A DNA stretch of 64,000 nt from a phage, in sequence record PZ445487.1; one strand, 5' to 3'. The position numbers and the translations under genes are program-made. Each line of letters begins with the position of its first letter. Position 1 is the stretch's first letter. Below the pieces are notes generated by a model. It had not been told where the DNA came from, searched no databases, and saw only the letters and a list, made by a program, of their open reading frames with translations. Below, piece after piece: positions 9,533 to 18,792 of this stretch.

Positions 9533-10578
9533 TGGAAATCAAAGCAATTAACAACAACGACATGCTGAAACAGGCTGTCTTGGCTATCCGTGAGCACGGG
9601 ATTGAATCTGACCCTGGTAACGCGGAGATCAACACAGACGGCACTCGTTTTATTGATGGCGTGACGATCACCGTCTCTGACATCCGCGACCGTTGGCTGT
9701 CTGTTGAAGGACGCAACTCATCGGCTATTGCTGCCATCGGCGAGACCTTCTGGGTTCTGTCTGGGCGCGATGATGTGCGCTTCTTGTCCCGTGTCCTCCC
9801 TCGCGCCGCCAACTTCTCTGATAATGGCCATACATGGCGAGCCGCTTATGGTCCGCGTCTGTACGCCCATGGCCAGCTGGATAGCGTTATCAACCGCCTA
9901 CGCAAGAACCCAAATACTCGTCAAGCGTACCTCACCATCTATGATCCGGCTCTAGATTCGGATGCTGGTCTGGCGAAGTTCAGCGAGAGCGGCGAAGCAA
10001 AGACTAAGGACATGGTGTGTAACCTGGCTCTGTTGTTCGCCATCGTTGAAGGTCGTCTGAACCTGACGGTCATCAACCGCTCACAGGATGTTCTGTGGGG
10101 GATGAGTTCAATCAACTTCATTGAGTTCTCTATTCTTCAGGAAGTGATTGCTCAGGTGTTAGATGTTGATGTCGGTCAGTACAAGCTATTCTCTAACAAT
10201 CTTCATTACTACAACAATGAAGTCAGCCAGAAGCAGCTTGGCAAGATCACCAAAGACACAAAAGTCACTGGTGGTTTCATCAACTCCATGATCTACTTCA
10301 CGAACGTGACCAACCAGAACCATATCCGCAATCTGTTCACTGGTGTGCTTCATCACTGTGATATCGGCAGCCCGTGGGAAACTGTTGTCGCTCACCTGAA
10401 GGAGTACGGCGCGGATCGCGGCCTGATCGTGCAGATGGCGTACTGCCTGTACTGCAAACTGAACGACAAGCTCATCAACATGAACCTGATTCAGGATCAT
10501 GGTTTGAACATCGCGCTCGCCCATTCTCCGATTGACCGCAAGATCGTTGATCCCAAGTTCTTGGAAGGTGCAGTATGA
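9532..10578 (+). CDS. thymidylate synthase superfamily protein (candidate pyrimidine hydroxymethylase)
   Basis: MVCNLALLFAIVEGRLNLTVINRSQDVLWGMSSINFIEFSILQEVIA aligns to TS catalytic-Cys..QRS.D..LG.PFNI region; 348 aa, longer than TS or T4 gp42. Confidence 0.6.
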   Translation: MEIKAINNNDMLKQAVLAIREHGIESDPGNAEINTDGTRFIDGVTITVSDIRDRWLSVEGRNSSAIAAIGETFWVLSGRDDVRFLSRVLPRAANFSDNGHTWRAAYGPRLYAHGQLDSVINRLRKNPNTRQAYLTIYDPALDSDAGLAKFSESGEAKTKDMVCNLALLFAIVEGRLNLTVINRSQDVLWGMSSINFIEFSILQEVIAQVLDVDVGQYKLFSNNLHYYNNEVSQKQLGKITKDTKVTGGFINSMIYFTNVTNQNHIRNLFTGVLHHCDIGSPWETVVAHLKEYGADRGLIVQMAYCLYCKLNDKLINMNLIQDHGLNIALAHSPIDRKIVDPKFLEGAV

Positions 10579-11144
10579 TGTATCCGAACCTTGAATTCTT
10601 TACGGGGCGCAAGCGCTCCGGCAAGGACTTCTGTTTGGAGTCCCTCATCAGCTATCACCATTTACAGGGTGATATGGACATCCAGCGCTTATCTTTCTCA
10701 GACGAGTTGCGTCGGGTGGCTCATTACATCTATCCTTGGTTGCCAGAGGAAGTAGAGGACGATATCAAGGACTTGCCATATGTTCACCCAGATAACCCCA
10801 AGGGATTAACTCCAAGGCAGATCTGGCTTCATCTCGGCAGCGATACGGGGCTTCGTTATGTCCAACCGGATCTGTTTTTGTCTTTCTTTAAGCGTTACCA
10901 ACTCCCATTAGTTGAACAGAATCCTAACATTCATTATATTGTGAGTGATCTACGGACGCCTCAAGAATATGAATGGGCGCTGAGCACTAAATGTCCCATC
11001 ACCCGCATTTCAAAGGCAGATCGCGGCGGTATCATAGAGGACGACATAGAGGCTTTCATTGATGAGATGAAAGTTGATTATGAATTTGTTAACCCATTTG
11101 AAGGTTGGCAACCATTCGTCAAATTTTATAGGGAACGGAAATGA
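10575..11144 (+). CDS. deoxynucleoside monophosphate kinase (T4 gp1-like)
   Basis: FFTGRKRSGKDF matches T4 gp1 FLSGVKRSGKDT P-loop; size 189 aa. Confidence 0.65.
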   Translation: MMYPNLEFFTGRKRSGKDFCLESLISYHHLQGDMDIQRLSFSDELRRVAHYIYPWLPEEVEDDIKDLPYVHPDNPKGLTPRQIWLHLGSDTGLRYVQPDLFLSFFKRYQLPLVEQNPNIHYIVSDLRTPQEYEWALSTKCPITRISKADRGGIIEDDIEAFIDEMKVDYEFVNPFEGWQPFVKFYRERK

Positions 11145-11686
11145 TCACAGCAGAGCATATCAAAAGTCTGCTCGAACTTCAAAAGGCCACCAACGTGGCC
11201 TATTTTGGGGAAGAGTGGCGTAAACATTGGACTCATGTGGCGGTGGTGAACTCCATCTATCGTGAGTGGGCAGAGTTCCTTGACGAAGTTTCGACCAGTT
11301 GGAAAATCTACGGCAATGACCAGCAATGGCACCAAGTCAATGCGGTTTACGAATTGGTCGATGTCGTCCACTTCATGCTGTGTGCCGTTATACAAAAAGA
11401 AGCGGAGCCGCATGATATGTACGACATGACGGGTTATGTGTCTGATCAACCTATTCAGAGAAAGCCAGATTTCCTCCATGTGACAAATCTGTTTACGCAT
11501 TTTATGTCTCATCCAGAGCGCAATGTGCTGGCTGCTTTCCTTGCGTATGCTTGTGGTTATTTGGGACTGGATGCCGAAACCTACATGCTGGCGCACAAGC
11601 GCAAGAACGATCGCAATCGTCTACGTGCTGCTGGCGGTGCGAACTATGACAAGTCTGCCGAAACCCCTCTGACTCTGGAGTTCTAA
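11141..11686 (+). CDS. all-alpha NTP pyrophosphatase (MazG/dimeric dUTPase-dCTPase-like)
   Basis: EW..F..E and ELVDVVHF motifs typical of MazG-like/gp56-like pyrophosphatases; position after dNMP kinase. Confidence 0.45.
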   Translation: MITAEHIKSLLELQKATNVAYFGEEWRKHWTHVAVVNSIYREWAEFLDEVSTSWKIYGNDQQWHQVNAVYELVDVVHFMLCAVIQKEAEPHDMYDMTGYVSDQPIQRKPDFLHVTNLFTHFMSHPERNVLAAFLAYACGYLGLDAETYMLAHKRKNDRNRLRAAGGANYDKSAETPLTLEF

Positions 11687-12216
11687 TGTTTACAGTCGTC
11701 GTATCATATTATGCGGAACATGCCCCGTACATGGCAGAGAACTTCGCTGAGTTTATTAAACCAGGCGGTCATGTCGTTATTGCGACCAATTTCAAGAAAG
11801 GGCCAAATGGTGCGGCTACTGTAACACAACATATTACAACACCAGAGCCGGAAACACTTTTTAAACGCATTGAAGATTTTGCTTTTGGCGGGGAAGAAAT
11901 TCCAGAGTCATTGCAGCATATCTATTTTGAAGATGCGATATATTATGTTCATGCTATTCCAAAGGATGTTACAACTGAACAAATGATGTATATCCTGAAT
12001 ATCGCATTGAATGTTTCTTGTGTCAACAGGGCACAGCACAATCGTCTGCGTAATATGTATTTAACAGAACGCGGGGGTTCCGAAATTAACGATGAAAAAC
12101 TCCCGTCAATAATGGCGATTCACGAAGCAATCAATATATTGTCCAAGAAAGTCTTGGGCACCGATTTATTAATTACGATCAACAAGCAAGAGGAAACGAA
12201 ATGGCCGATTCATTGA
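11686..12216 (+). CDS. hypothetical protein
   Basis: 176-aa ORF with start overlapping upstream stop. Confidence 0.45.
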   Translation: MFTVVVSYYAEHAPYMAENFAEFIKPGGHVVIATNFKKGPNGAATVTQHITTPEPETLFKRIEDFAFGGEEIPESLQHIYFEDAIYYVHAIPKDVTTEQMMYILNIALNVSCVNRAQHNRLRNMYLTERGGSEINDEKLPSIMAIHEAINILSKKVLGTDLLITINKQEETKWPIH

Positions 12217-13286
12217 TGGCTCGCATGCTCAAGACAGCAAAGAAACTGGACCCGAATGCCGAAGTGCTGTCAAAGACCGATGCGCTGAAGCCTGACATTA
12301 TTTGCAGTACGGGTATTCCTATTCTGAATTTGGCCTGGTCCGGTCGTATTGATGGTGGTCTGATATCAGGCATCAAACAGTTGGTGGGGGATTCTCGTAC
12401 ATTCAAAACCATGTTTGGGCTGGTGGATGTTAAGGCTTACATGGATAAGTTTCCTGATGCAATTTGTATCTTCGCGGATTCAGAAGGCGGTGCGAATGAA
12501 AACTACTGGACATCTATGGGTATTGACATGGACCGTGTCTTGTATCTGCCGATTGAAAACGTTGAAAAGACGAAGATCAAGCTGACACAGCTTCTGAATG
12601 ATGCTCAGAAAGGTGACAAGATCATCGTATTCATTGACTCAATCAGCCAGTTGCCGTCTACCAAAGAAGTTGATGATGCCATCGCGGGCAAAGACACACA
12701 AGATATGACCCGCGCTCGCGCTCTCAATAGTTTTTGGCGTGTTATCACCCCGTTGGTCACTGAAAAGAAATTCGTTTTGGTATGGATCAACTCGTACTAT
12801 GATGAAATCGGGAACCAATACGCCGAGCCGAACATCAAAGGCGGTAAACAGGGGTTCCTGTCTTCTAACCAATTGTGGTTCATCACGCGTTCTCAAGTTA
12901 AAGAAGACAAAGACCTTTTGGGATGGCAGTTTACAGTCAACATTATGAAAGGCCGCTTTGTCCGTGAAAAAGCCAAGTTCCCTGTCACTGTGTTGTATGA
13001 AGGCGGTATTGACCGTTGGTCCGGTATGTTAGAAATTGCGCGCATGCTGGGGTATGTGGATTTGGTGAGTGGTTCTTGGTATCAACGCACTGCCAAAGGC
13101 GGGTTTGATCCAGAAAAAGAAAAGAAATATCGTAAGGCAGAGCTGGGGGATGACTTCTGGTATCCGCTGCTGGAAAACCCAGACTTTGTTGACGATGTGA
13201 ACAACATGTTCGGTATCTCTCAGAGTTCGGTTATGCCTGCAGATATGCTGGAGCGCCTCGATAATGTCATCAAAACAACCGAGTAA
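12201..13286 (+). CDS. uvsX: RecA-like recombinase UvsX
   Basis: Walker A GDSRTFKTMFGL (T4 GPSKSFKSNFGL); AICIFADSEGG and IIVFIDSISQL collinear with T4 UvsX. Confidence 0.85.
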   Translation: MADSLMARMLKTAKKLDPNAEVLSKTDALKPDIICSTGIPILNLAWSGRIDGGLISGIKQLVGDSRTFKTMFGLVDVKAYMDKFPDAICIFADSEGGANENYWTSMGIDMDRVLYLPIENVEKTKIKLTQLLNDAQKGDKIIVFIDSISQLPSTKEVDDAIAGKDTQDMTRARALNSFWRVITPLVTEKKFVLVWINSYYDEIGNQYAEPNIKGGKQGFLSSNQLWFITRSQVKEDKDLLGWQFTVNIMKGRFVREKAKFPVTVLYEGGIDRWSGMLEIARMLGYVDLVSGSWYQRTAKGGFDPEKEKKYRKAELGDDFWYPLLENPDFVDDVNNMFGISQSSVMPADMLERLDNVIKTTE

Positions 13287-13593
13287 TATTGCAGGGGGAG
13301 GAGACTCCCCCGTTAATTACAAAATCATCGACCCTGGTTCTGATCAGTTAGCAATAATCGAAATAACGGAAGGCAAATTCCGTGGCGTTCAATTTCGTAT
13401 AGGGAAAGTGGGTGTCCATTTAGATAATGGAGAGCCTCGGTTATCCTTTACAACAGATATATTGAAGAAACCATGGCGTTTGTTATTTGTTAATTTGAAA
13501 GAAAATGACTTGTTCACTGTGGTGTCTGGGGATATCTTAGTTGATCTGATACAGCAAAATGCTCAGGATTACAACAAAATTTTGGTGGGGTAG
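13264..13593 (+). CDS. hypothetical protein between uvsX and gene 41
   Basis: 109-aa ORF at the position of T4 gene 40; no sequence recognition. Confidence 0.4.
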   Translation: MSSKQPSNIAGGGDSPVNYKIIDPGSDQLAIIEITEGKFRGVQFRIGKVGVHLDNGEPRLSFTTDILKKPWRLLFVNLKENDLFTVVSGDILVDLIQQNAQDYNKILVG

Positions 13594-15024
13594 TTGCCAA
13601 TGTTACTCGAATCTGTCGTGCTTTCCCAATTAATCTATAACGAAGAATATCAAAGAAAGATCCAGCCGTATTTGAAAGCCGATTATTTCGATAACGAAGG
13701 CGAGAAAATTATATTCGGTCTCATTGACCATTACACTTGCGAATATAATGCTCGTCCTTCGGTTGAAGCGTTGTCTATTATGCTGGAAAAGACTTCGCTC
13801 AACGAACACGTATTTGAACAAGCTATTTCTGCTCTTGAGAATATCAATGACAACACATTCCATCAGGAATGGCTTGTAAAAGAAACAGAAAGTTGGGCGC
13901 GGCAGAAAGCTGTTCATAATGCGATCAAACACGCCGTCAACATCTATGGTGATGAGAAACGTAAAGATGAGATGAACACGATTCCAACTCTCCTACAAGA
14001 GGCGTTGGCGATAAGTTTTGATTCTTATCTTGGCCATATCTATTGGGAAATGGCTGAACAACAATACGACCACATGAACTCTAATGAAGCGAAGATTCCT
14101 TTCGCTGTAGAGATATTCAACAAAGCGACTCGTGGTGGTGTTGGTAAGAAAACGCTGAACATCGTGACGGGTGCAATTAATGCGGGTAAGACAACAACTC
14201 TGATTGATTTGGCTGCTGGTTACTCCGAGCAAGGGTTGAACGTATTCGTATTCACCCTAGAAGTGGCTGAGAACGTCTGGCGTCACCGCCTTGATGCCCG
14301 TATGATGCGCAGGGACTTCGAGTCCTTAGAGAAGCTCTCACGACATGAATATGTCGCCACGATACAAAAGTTGCGAACTCGTCAAGACGGTTCCATGAAG
14401 GGTGATATTGTTATCAAGGAATATCCTTCAGGCGCTGGGCATACAGGACTATATCGCCGCGATATCCTTGATTATGCGACATCCACGGGAATTACGCCGG
14501 ACGTCATTATTATAGACTACTTGGGTGAATCAGCGTCTTCTCGCCTTCCTGCCCATTTAATGCAGAACACCAACGTGTATTATACGTCGGTGGCGCGTGA
14601 ATTCCGTGCGCTTGGATTTGAATTTGATTGCCCTGTATGGACAGGTATGCAATTTAACCGTGAAAAACAATCGGCGACTGATGGTGATATTAGCGACCTG
14701 GCAGATGCTATCGGTATTCCGAAGGTTGCAGACTTCATCATGGCGTTCTATGCCCCTGATGAACTGGCGGCTGTTAAGAAAGCCCGAGCGTCTATCTTGA
14801 AAAACCGTTATGCCAATAAACAGAAACTCAAATCGTTCTTGTTCGGTATGGATCAAGATAAACAGATATTGTTTGACTTGGATTGGAATGAAGTCAAGCG
14901 AGACCTGACAGAAGAGGAAGCCCGTTATGTTGAGAATGTTCATATCAAACATGACTTAAACAAAACAGGCGACGTAAATGATGTCAAGAAAGCCGAGACC
15001 GTGAATAATTGGAATTTCGGTTAA
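13594..15024 (+). CDS. 41: replicative DNA helicase (T4 gp41, DnaB-like)
   Basis: N-terminus LLESVVLSQLIYNEEYQRKIQPYLKADYFDN parallels T4 gp41; Walker A GAINAGKTT; HQEWLVKETE motif. Confidence 0.85.
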   Translation: MPMLLESVVLSQLIYNEEYQRKIQPYLKADYFDNEGEKIIFGLIDHYTCEYNARPSVEALSIMLEKTSLNEHVFEQAISALENINDNTFHQEWLVKETESWARQKAVHNAIKHAVNIYGDEKRKDEMNTIPTLLQEALAISFDSYLGHIYWEMAEQQYDHMNSNEAKIPFAVEIFNKATRGGVGKKTLNIVTGAINAGKTTTLIDLAAGYSEQGLNVFVFTLEVAENVWRHRLDARMMRRDFESLEKLSRHEYVATIQKLRTRQDGSMKGDIVIKEYPSGAGHTGLYRRDILDYATSTGITPDVIIIDYLGESASSRLPAHLMQNTNVYYTSVAREFRALGFEFDCPVWTGMQFNREKQSATDGDISDLADAIGIPKVADFIMAFYAPDELAAVKKARASILKNRYANKQKLKSFLFGMDQDKQILFDLDWNEVKRDLTEEEARYVENVHIKHDLNKTGDVNDVKKAETVNNWNFG

Positions 15025-15026
15025 CT

Positions 15027-15054
15027 TCAATAATGGTGATCATAGGGTATAATC
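15027..15054 (+). promoter_or_regulatory. putative promoter (TTCAATAA N16 TATAAT)
   Basis: CTTCAATAATGGTGATCATAGGGTATAATC upstream of 15088. Confidence 0.4.
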
Positions 15055-15087
15055 TCTATGATCTGAATATTAACCCAGGAGCACATC

Positions 15088-15420
15088 ATGTCGGATGTTG
15101 CATTTATAGCTGACCTGATTCGGGCGGCACAACAGGTGTGCCAGTCTGGAGAAACCAGTCTCAAACTCACTACAGAGCAGACTCTAGAATTTTATAAGAA
15201 TCGTCGGTATTGGGGTAAGAATGTCAAGATACATTGCGAACCAGGTGAATTGGTTCAGCTTGATCTTCCGTCTTTTCCGTTGCCAGTACAGACCAACACT
15301 CAGGAATATTACAATGTTGAAGGCGTTGATATTATTCCTAAGTTTGGTTTTCACAGTATCGTTTATTTCTTCCTGCGCCGTTTGGGAACCAGTATCGGTC
15401 CACTCGGTTCTCGTCATTAA
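15088..15420 (+). CDS. hypothetical protein
   Basis: 110-aa ORF with AGGAG RBS. Confidence 0.4.
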   Translation: MSDVAFIADLIRAAQQVCQSGETSLKLTTEQTLEFYKNRRYWGKNVKIHCEPGELVQLDLPSFPLPVQTNTQEYYNVEGVDIIPKFGFHSIVYFFLRRLGTSIGPLGSRH

Positions 15421-15432
15421 TGAGGATATATT

Positions 15433-15735
15433 ATGTCAGTTGAACAAATTGGTTTTTATCAACTCCCTTCTGATCCAAAACTGCGTCAAAAGATGATGCA
15501 GACTTTAGAAAATTGTCGCGCCGCCCAGATCCGTATCAAGTCTGAACAGACCTTTGTTACCGAAGCCCTGGCTGAATTGGCAAAAGAAACAGGCATCAAA
15601 GCCGTTGATCTGCGCAAAGTCGTTACCGATCGCGCTGGTGGAACTTATACCAAGACCATCGAGACCAGCGCCAAATACCAGGATCTTTATGAGTCGCTGT
15701 ATCCTAACGCCGCGCCTGATCGCACGGATGAATAA
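15433..15735 (+). CDS. hypothetical protein
   Basis: 100-aa ORF. Confidence 0.45.
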   Translation: MSVEQIGFYQLPSDPKLRQKMMQTLENCRAAQIRIKSEQTFVTEALAELAKETGIKAVDLRKVVTDRAGGTYTKTIETSAKYQDLYESLYPNAAPDRTDE

Positions 15736-15743
15736 TATCGGTT

Positions 15744-15768
15744 AAAGCCCAACATTTGTTGGGCTTTA
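15744..15768 (+). terminator. rho-independent terminator
   Basis: AGCCCAAC-ATTT-GTTGGGCT hairpin plus T-run. Confidence 0.65.
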
Positions 15769-15796
15769 CTTCAATAAAACTTTACTTCAATAAAAC
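15764..15796 (+). repeat. tandem direct repeat of TTTACTTCAATAAAAC (2 copies)
   Basis: two adjacent copies of a 16-nt unit carrying the TTCAATAAA box, upstream of 15853. Confidence 0.6.
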
Positions 15797-15852
15797 TTGC
15801 GGCTATCATTTAACCTACATTGAAAAGTTTCACTACATCATGAGAGGCAAAA

Positions 15853-17046
15853 ATGAAAGCCAAGACCTTCAGCATCCCAATTGATAACATTGGTCGTGTC
15901 AAGGAACGTCTTGCCAAACTTGAAAGAACGGCAAACCGCCTGAAACTCGAGTTCCCTCTTGTTGAGTTCAGTGAACCATACAAAACACAACACCGCGATT
16001 CTATCACTGGCGAAAAATTTTATCGTTGGTGGCAAGATTGTACTCTAACTGGTGAAGGCATCGACCGCCCCGTTTCTTATGGTGGGTGGAGTATCATTGG
16101 ACAATTCAACCACCAGTATCCAAAAGTCATTCTGAATAAACTGTCAGATGACATCCACCCAAATTTCGTTCAAAGATTTGAAGCTGAAAACGTATCTTGG
16201 TGCGAGCATTGCAACAAATCTGTGCGTCGTCATAACACATATGTCGTTCGTAACGAACAATCTGGCGCACAGATGCTCGTGGGTAGCAGCTGTATGCATC
16301 ATTATGTCCCGCATCAGAAATCCCTTGATGCGGTTATGTCTTATTACATGTCTATTCACGAAATGTTTACCCCCGATGAAGATGACCCAGAAGGGATTTA
16401 TCGGGTTAATGAACCAGATTATGTTGACACAGAAGGATATTTGTGTAAATGCTTTCAGGTTTTGCTGTCGGGCATGAGCATTAAAAGTGATGATTTTGGT
16501 CGAGTTCTTGGTCATATCTCTAGCGGGACTCGTCCGGAGAAAGGTTCTGACATTGATATATTCTATAACAAGGCTGTTAAAGCCCGTGAAGATGCTCAAT
16601 CAGAGATGTATCATATGATGCTTTTCATCGCATCGTTGTCTGAAAATAACGATTTCAACGTCCGGCTGAAACGTATGTGCGAACCTGGTTATCACCTTGT
16701 TAAAGACTCAACAACAGTTCGTTGGGGAGCAGCAAAGTATTATGATTATATCCACACCCCCCGCCAAACGCGCACTGTATCAAATTGGGTTGGTGAAGTT
16801 GGTGAAATGTTAGAAGCACAGGTCAAATTTGAAGCAAGGATTTTCCTGTATTCATCTGATTATGGTGACACGTATCTGTATACTTTCAAAACCAAGGAAG
16901 GCAATACCATTACATGGAAGACTTCCTATATGGAAACCGAGTTTTTAGAAGGCGATATGATCATTCGAGGTCGTGTCAAAGAATTGACCGAATTCAAAGG
17001 TATTAAACAAACTCAGATTACAAGGGCAAAACTGAGGAAATTATGA
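15853..17046 (+). CDS. hypothetical zinc-binding protein
   Basis: 397-aa ORF with CEHC...SSCMHH cysteine/histidine cluster; GAGAGG RBS; no Toprim motif recognised. Confidence 0.5.
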   Translation: MKAKTFSIPIDNIGRVKERLAKLERTANRLKLEFPLVEFSEPYKTQHRDSITGEKFYRWWQDCTLTGEGIDRPVSYGGWSIIGQFNHQYPKVILNKLSDDIHPNFVQRFEAENVSWCEHCNKSVRRHNTYVVRNEQSGAQMLVGSSCMHHYVPHQKSLDAVMSYYMSIHEMFTPDEDDPEGIYRVNEPDYVDTEGYLCKCFQVLLSGMSIKSDDFGRVLGHISSGTRPEKGSDIDIFYNKAVKAREDAQSEMYHMMLFIASLSENNDFNVRLKRMCEPGYHLVKDSTTVRWGAAKYYDYIHTPRQTRTVSNWVGEVGEMLEAQVKFEARIFLYSSDYGDTYLYTFKTKEGNTITWKTSYMETEFLEGDMIIRGRVKELTEFKGIKQTQITRAKLRKL

Positions 17047-17159
17047 TTCTTTTACAATTTGTTTTGAAAGCATTTGCATTCGGTCTTATCGCATGCGGAG
17101 TGATCACAGCTATGCTGTTAATCATAGCCCTGATCATCCCATTTAAGAGGAAACGTTAA
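17043..17159 (+). CDS. small hydrophobic membrane peptide (38 aa, below ORF-track cutoff)
   Basis: MILLQFVLKAFAFGLIACGVITAMLLIIALIIPFKRKR; ATGA overlap with upstream stop, GAGGAAA RBS, TAATG overlap with downstream start; coordinates +/-1. Confidence 0.4.
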   Translation: MILLQFVLKAFAFGLIACGVITAMLLIIALIIPFKRKR

Positions 17160-17359
17160 TGAAACGGGAAATCTTGGATGTTTACTACCCTGGATCTTGT
17201 TGTCCAGGCCATGACAAGTACCCAGCGGACACATACAAAAATCGCCGCTCTAAATCAAAACGTTCAGACGGTATTAAAAAGGAGCATCGACATGTCCGCC
17301 GTGTCAAGCGCCAAAATCTGAAATCTGATTTGCTCTTCATTACCAAGGAGGATTTCTAA
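17159..17359 (+). CDS. small basic protein
   Basis: 66-aa ORF with AAGAGGAAA RBS. Confidence 0.35.
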   Translation: MKREILDVYYPGSCCPGHDKYPADTYKNRRSKSKRSDGIKKEHRHVRRVKRQNLKSDLLFITKEDF

Positions 17360-17571
17360 TGGAATGTTCATGCGGAGGGCAAGGCACAAGTGCATACTTG
17401 CCATTTAACACCGTGAAGGAAGCCGAAGAAGCCGGATATGCCGTGGATAAGGCTCCCTGTGTAATTGCCACCAAGGATTGTCCGTGCTGTAAGAGGCACT
17501 CTCAGGACGTGCATTACTCACCAAACGCACGTTCAGATAAAGTCAATCTTCTTTCACTGATGAGTAAATGA
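17359..17571 (+). CDS. small Cys-rich protein
   Basis: 70-aa ORF with CSCGG...CPCC cysteines. Confidence 0.35.
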   Translation: MECSCGGQGTSAYLPFNTVKEAEEAGYAVDKAPCVIATKDCPCCKRHSQDVHYSPNARSDKVNLLSLMSK

Positions 17572-17572
17572 C

Positions 17573-17926
17573 ATGCGCAAATATTTTAACTGGTTGTTGG
17601 GGAAACCCCTAAGCGTCGAAATCCGTTGTCTTATTGATGCCATCGACGCTGATGACGTTGAATGGAATGGTGAACGCTTTGTCGGTATCGATGCTGTCAT
17701 CTATAACGGCGTAAGGGTATGTGCATATACAGTCAATAGCAGCGCAGGGTATAGAGTCGATATCGGTTTTTGTTTCGATTGTCTGCCATACCATGAGGCC
17801 AAGGCCGTGTATAAAGCGCTCACCCGACATCACAGGCGTCGGATTAATCGTGAAGCAATTCAGGTCGATACATATGACCGTGAAAAAGTCCGCAAAGCTC
17901 TGGGGTGTCACAATGTCAAAAGTTGA
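17573..17926 (+). CDS. hypothetical protein
   Basis: 117-aa ORF. Confidence 0.4.
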   Translation: MRKYFNWLLGKPLSVEIRCLIDAIDADDVEWNGERFVGIDAVIYNGVRVCAYTVNSSAGYRVDIGFCFDCLPYHEAKAVYKALTRHHRRRINREAIQVDTYDREKVRKALGCHNVKS

Positions 17927-18332
17927 AATCCAATGCAAATGCTGTCCGAACAAGAAGATGGTTCGCCAGGCCGACATTGACCGTGGCTGGGGGTTGTTCT
18001 GTTCTAAGTCTTGCGCCGCCTACTGGAAGACCTTTGGGTGTCGTAAAGATACCCCAACAGACCTGTCCCTGAATGGCAAGCGACCTAAATCGGCGCAGGC
18101 AATCCTTTCTGATTTGCGGAAAGAGTCTGTCCGCCTTTCTGCTGGCCTCACTGAAGAGCAGATGGACAAACTCAATAAGGCGGGTTGTGGTTATATCCGA
18201 TTCGACGGAATGGACTATCCTCTGTTCAGTTCTCGCCAGCTCAGAGTCCTTGGGGCTTCAAAGGCTGAGATAAGAGAAGCTGAACGCGATGAAGCCGAAG
18301 AGGGCGCATACGGCCATCACGATTTTCAATAA
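17913..18332 (+). CDS. hypothetical zinc-finger protein
   Basis: track ORF 17721-18332 trimmed to ATG (MSKVEIQCKCCPNKK) overlapping upstream stop; CxC..C..C pattern. Confidence 0.4.
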   Translation: MSKVEIQCKCCPNKKMVRQADIDRGWGLFCSKSCAAYWKTFGCRKDTPTDLSLNGKRPKSAQAILSDLRKESVRLSAGLTEEQMDKLNKAGCGYIRFDGMDYPLFSSRQLRVLGASKAEIREAERDEAEEGAYGHHDFQ

Positions 18333-18379
18333 ACGATTTACCCATATAATGCATGGGAACTTTACAGAAGGATCAGACT

Positions 18380-18739
18380 ATGACCACACTTGTAGAAACA
18401 TTATTCCCAGGATGCACCCTTGGGCGCGGCGGTAGCGAAGCCAACGGGCTGGCAATTGACGCCGAACCCCAGAACTGTGTTGTTATCGACAAATTCCATG
18501 ACAATCATTATGCTCTGAATGATCGTCGCGATCATTATTTGGTTTCTGTGGGAGAATCTTTGGTTCACCTTCGAATCTGTTCTGCTTTACCAGGATATGG
18601 GTATGACGCATTTGCTTATATCCATGATGTTTCCAACGGTGAGATGGGGAAAGAATCCCTGATTGAAAAATTCAAGAGTTGGAAGGAATCTTTCACCTCT
18701 GCCACACCACCGAACAACAGAAAAAGACGCAGCAAATAA
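18380..18739 (+). CDS. hypothetical protein
   Basis: ATG with AAGGA RBS (MTTLVETL), downstream of TTCAATAAA...TATAAT promoter-like sequence. Confidence 0.4.
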   Translation: MTTLVETLFPGCTLGRGGSEANGLAIDAEPQNCVVIDKFHDNHYALNDRRDHYLVSVGESLVHLRICSALPGYGYDAFAYIHDVSNGEMGKESLIEKFKSWKESFTSATPPNNRKRRSK

Positions 18740-18792
18740 ATCTATTGAAGTCTCTAGGGTTATAATAGCATGACGAATAACCCTGGAGACAC

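Noticed and set aside
15853-17046. Possible primase (gp61) by position after the helicase
   Set aside because: Has a Cys/His cluster but I could not recognise Toprim motifs; kept as a hypothetical zinc-binding protein
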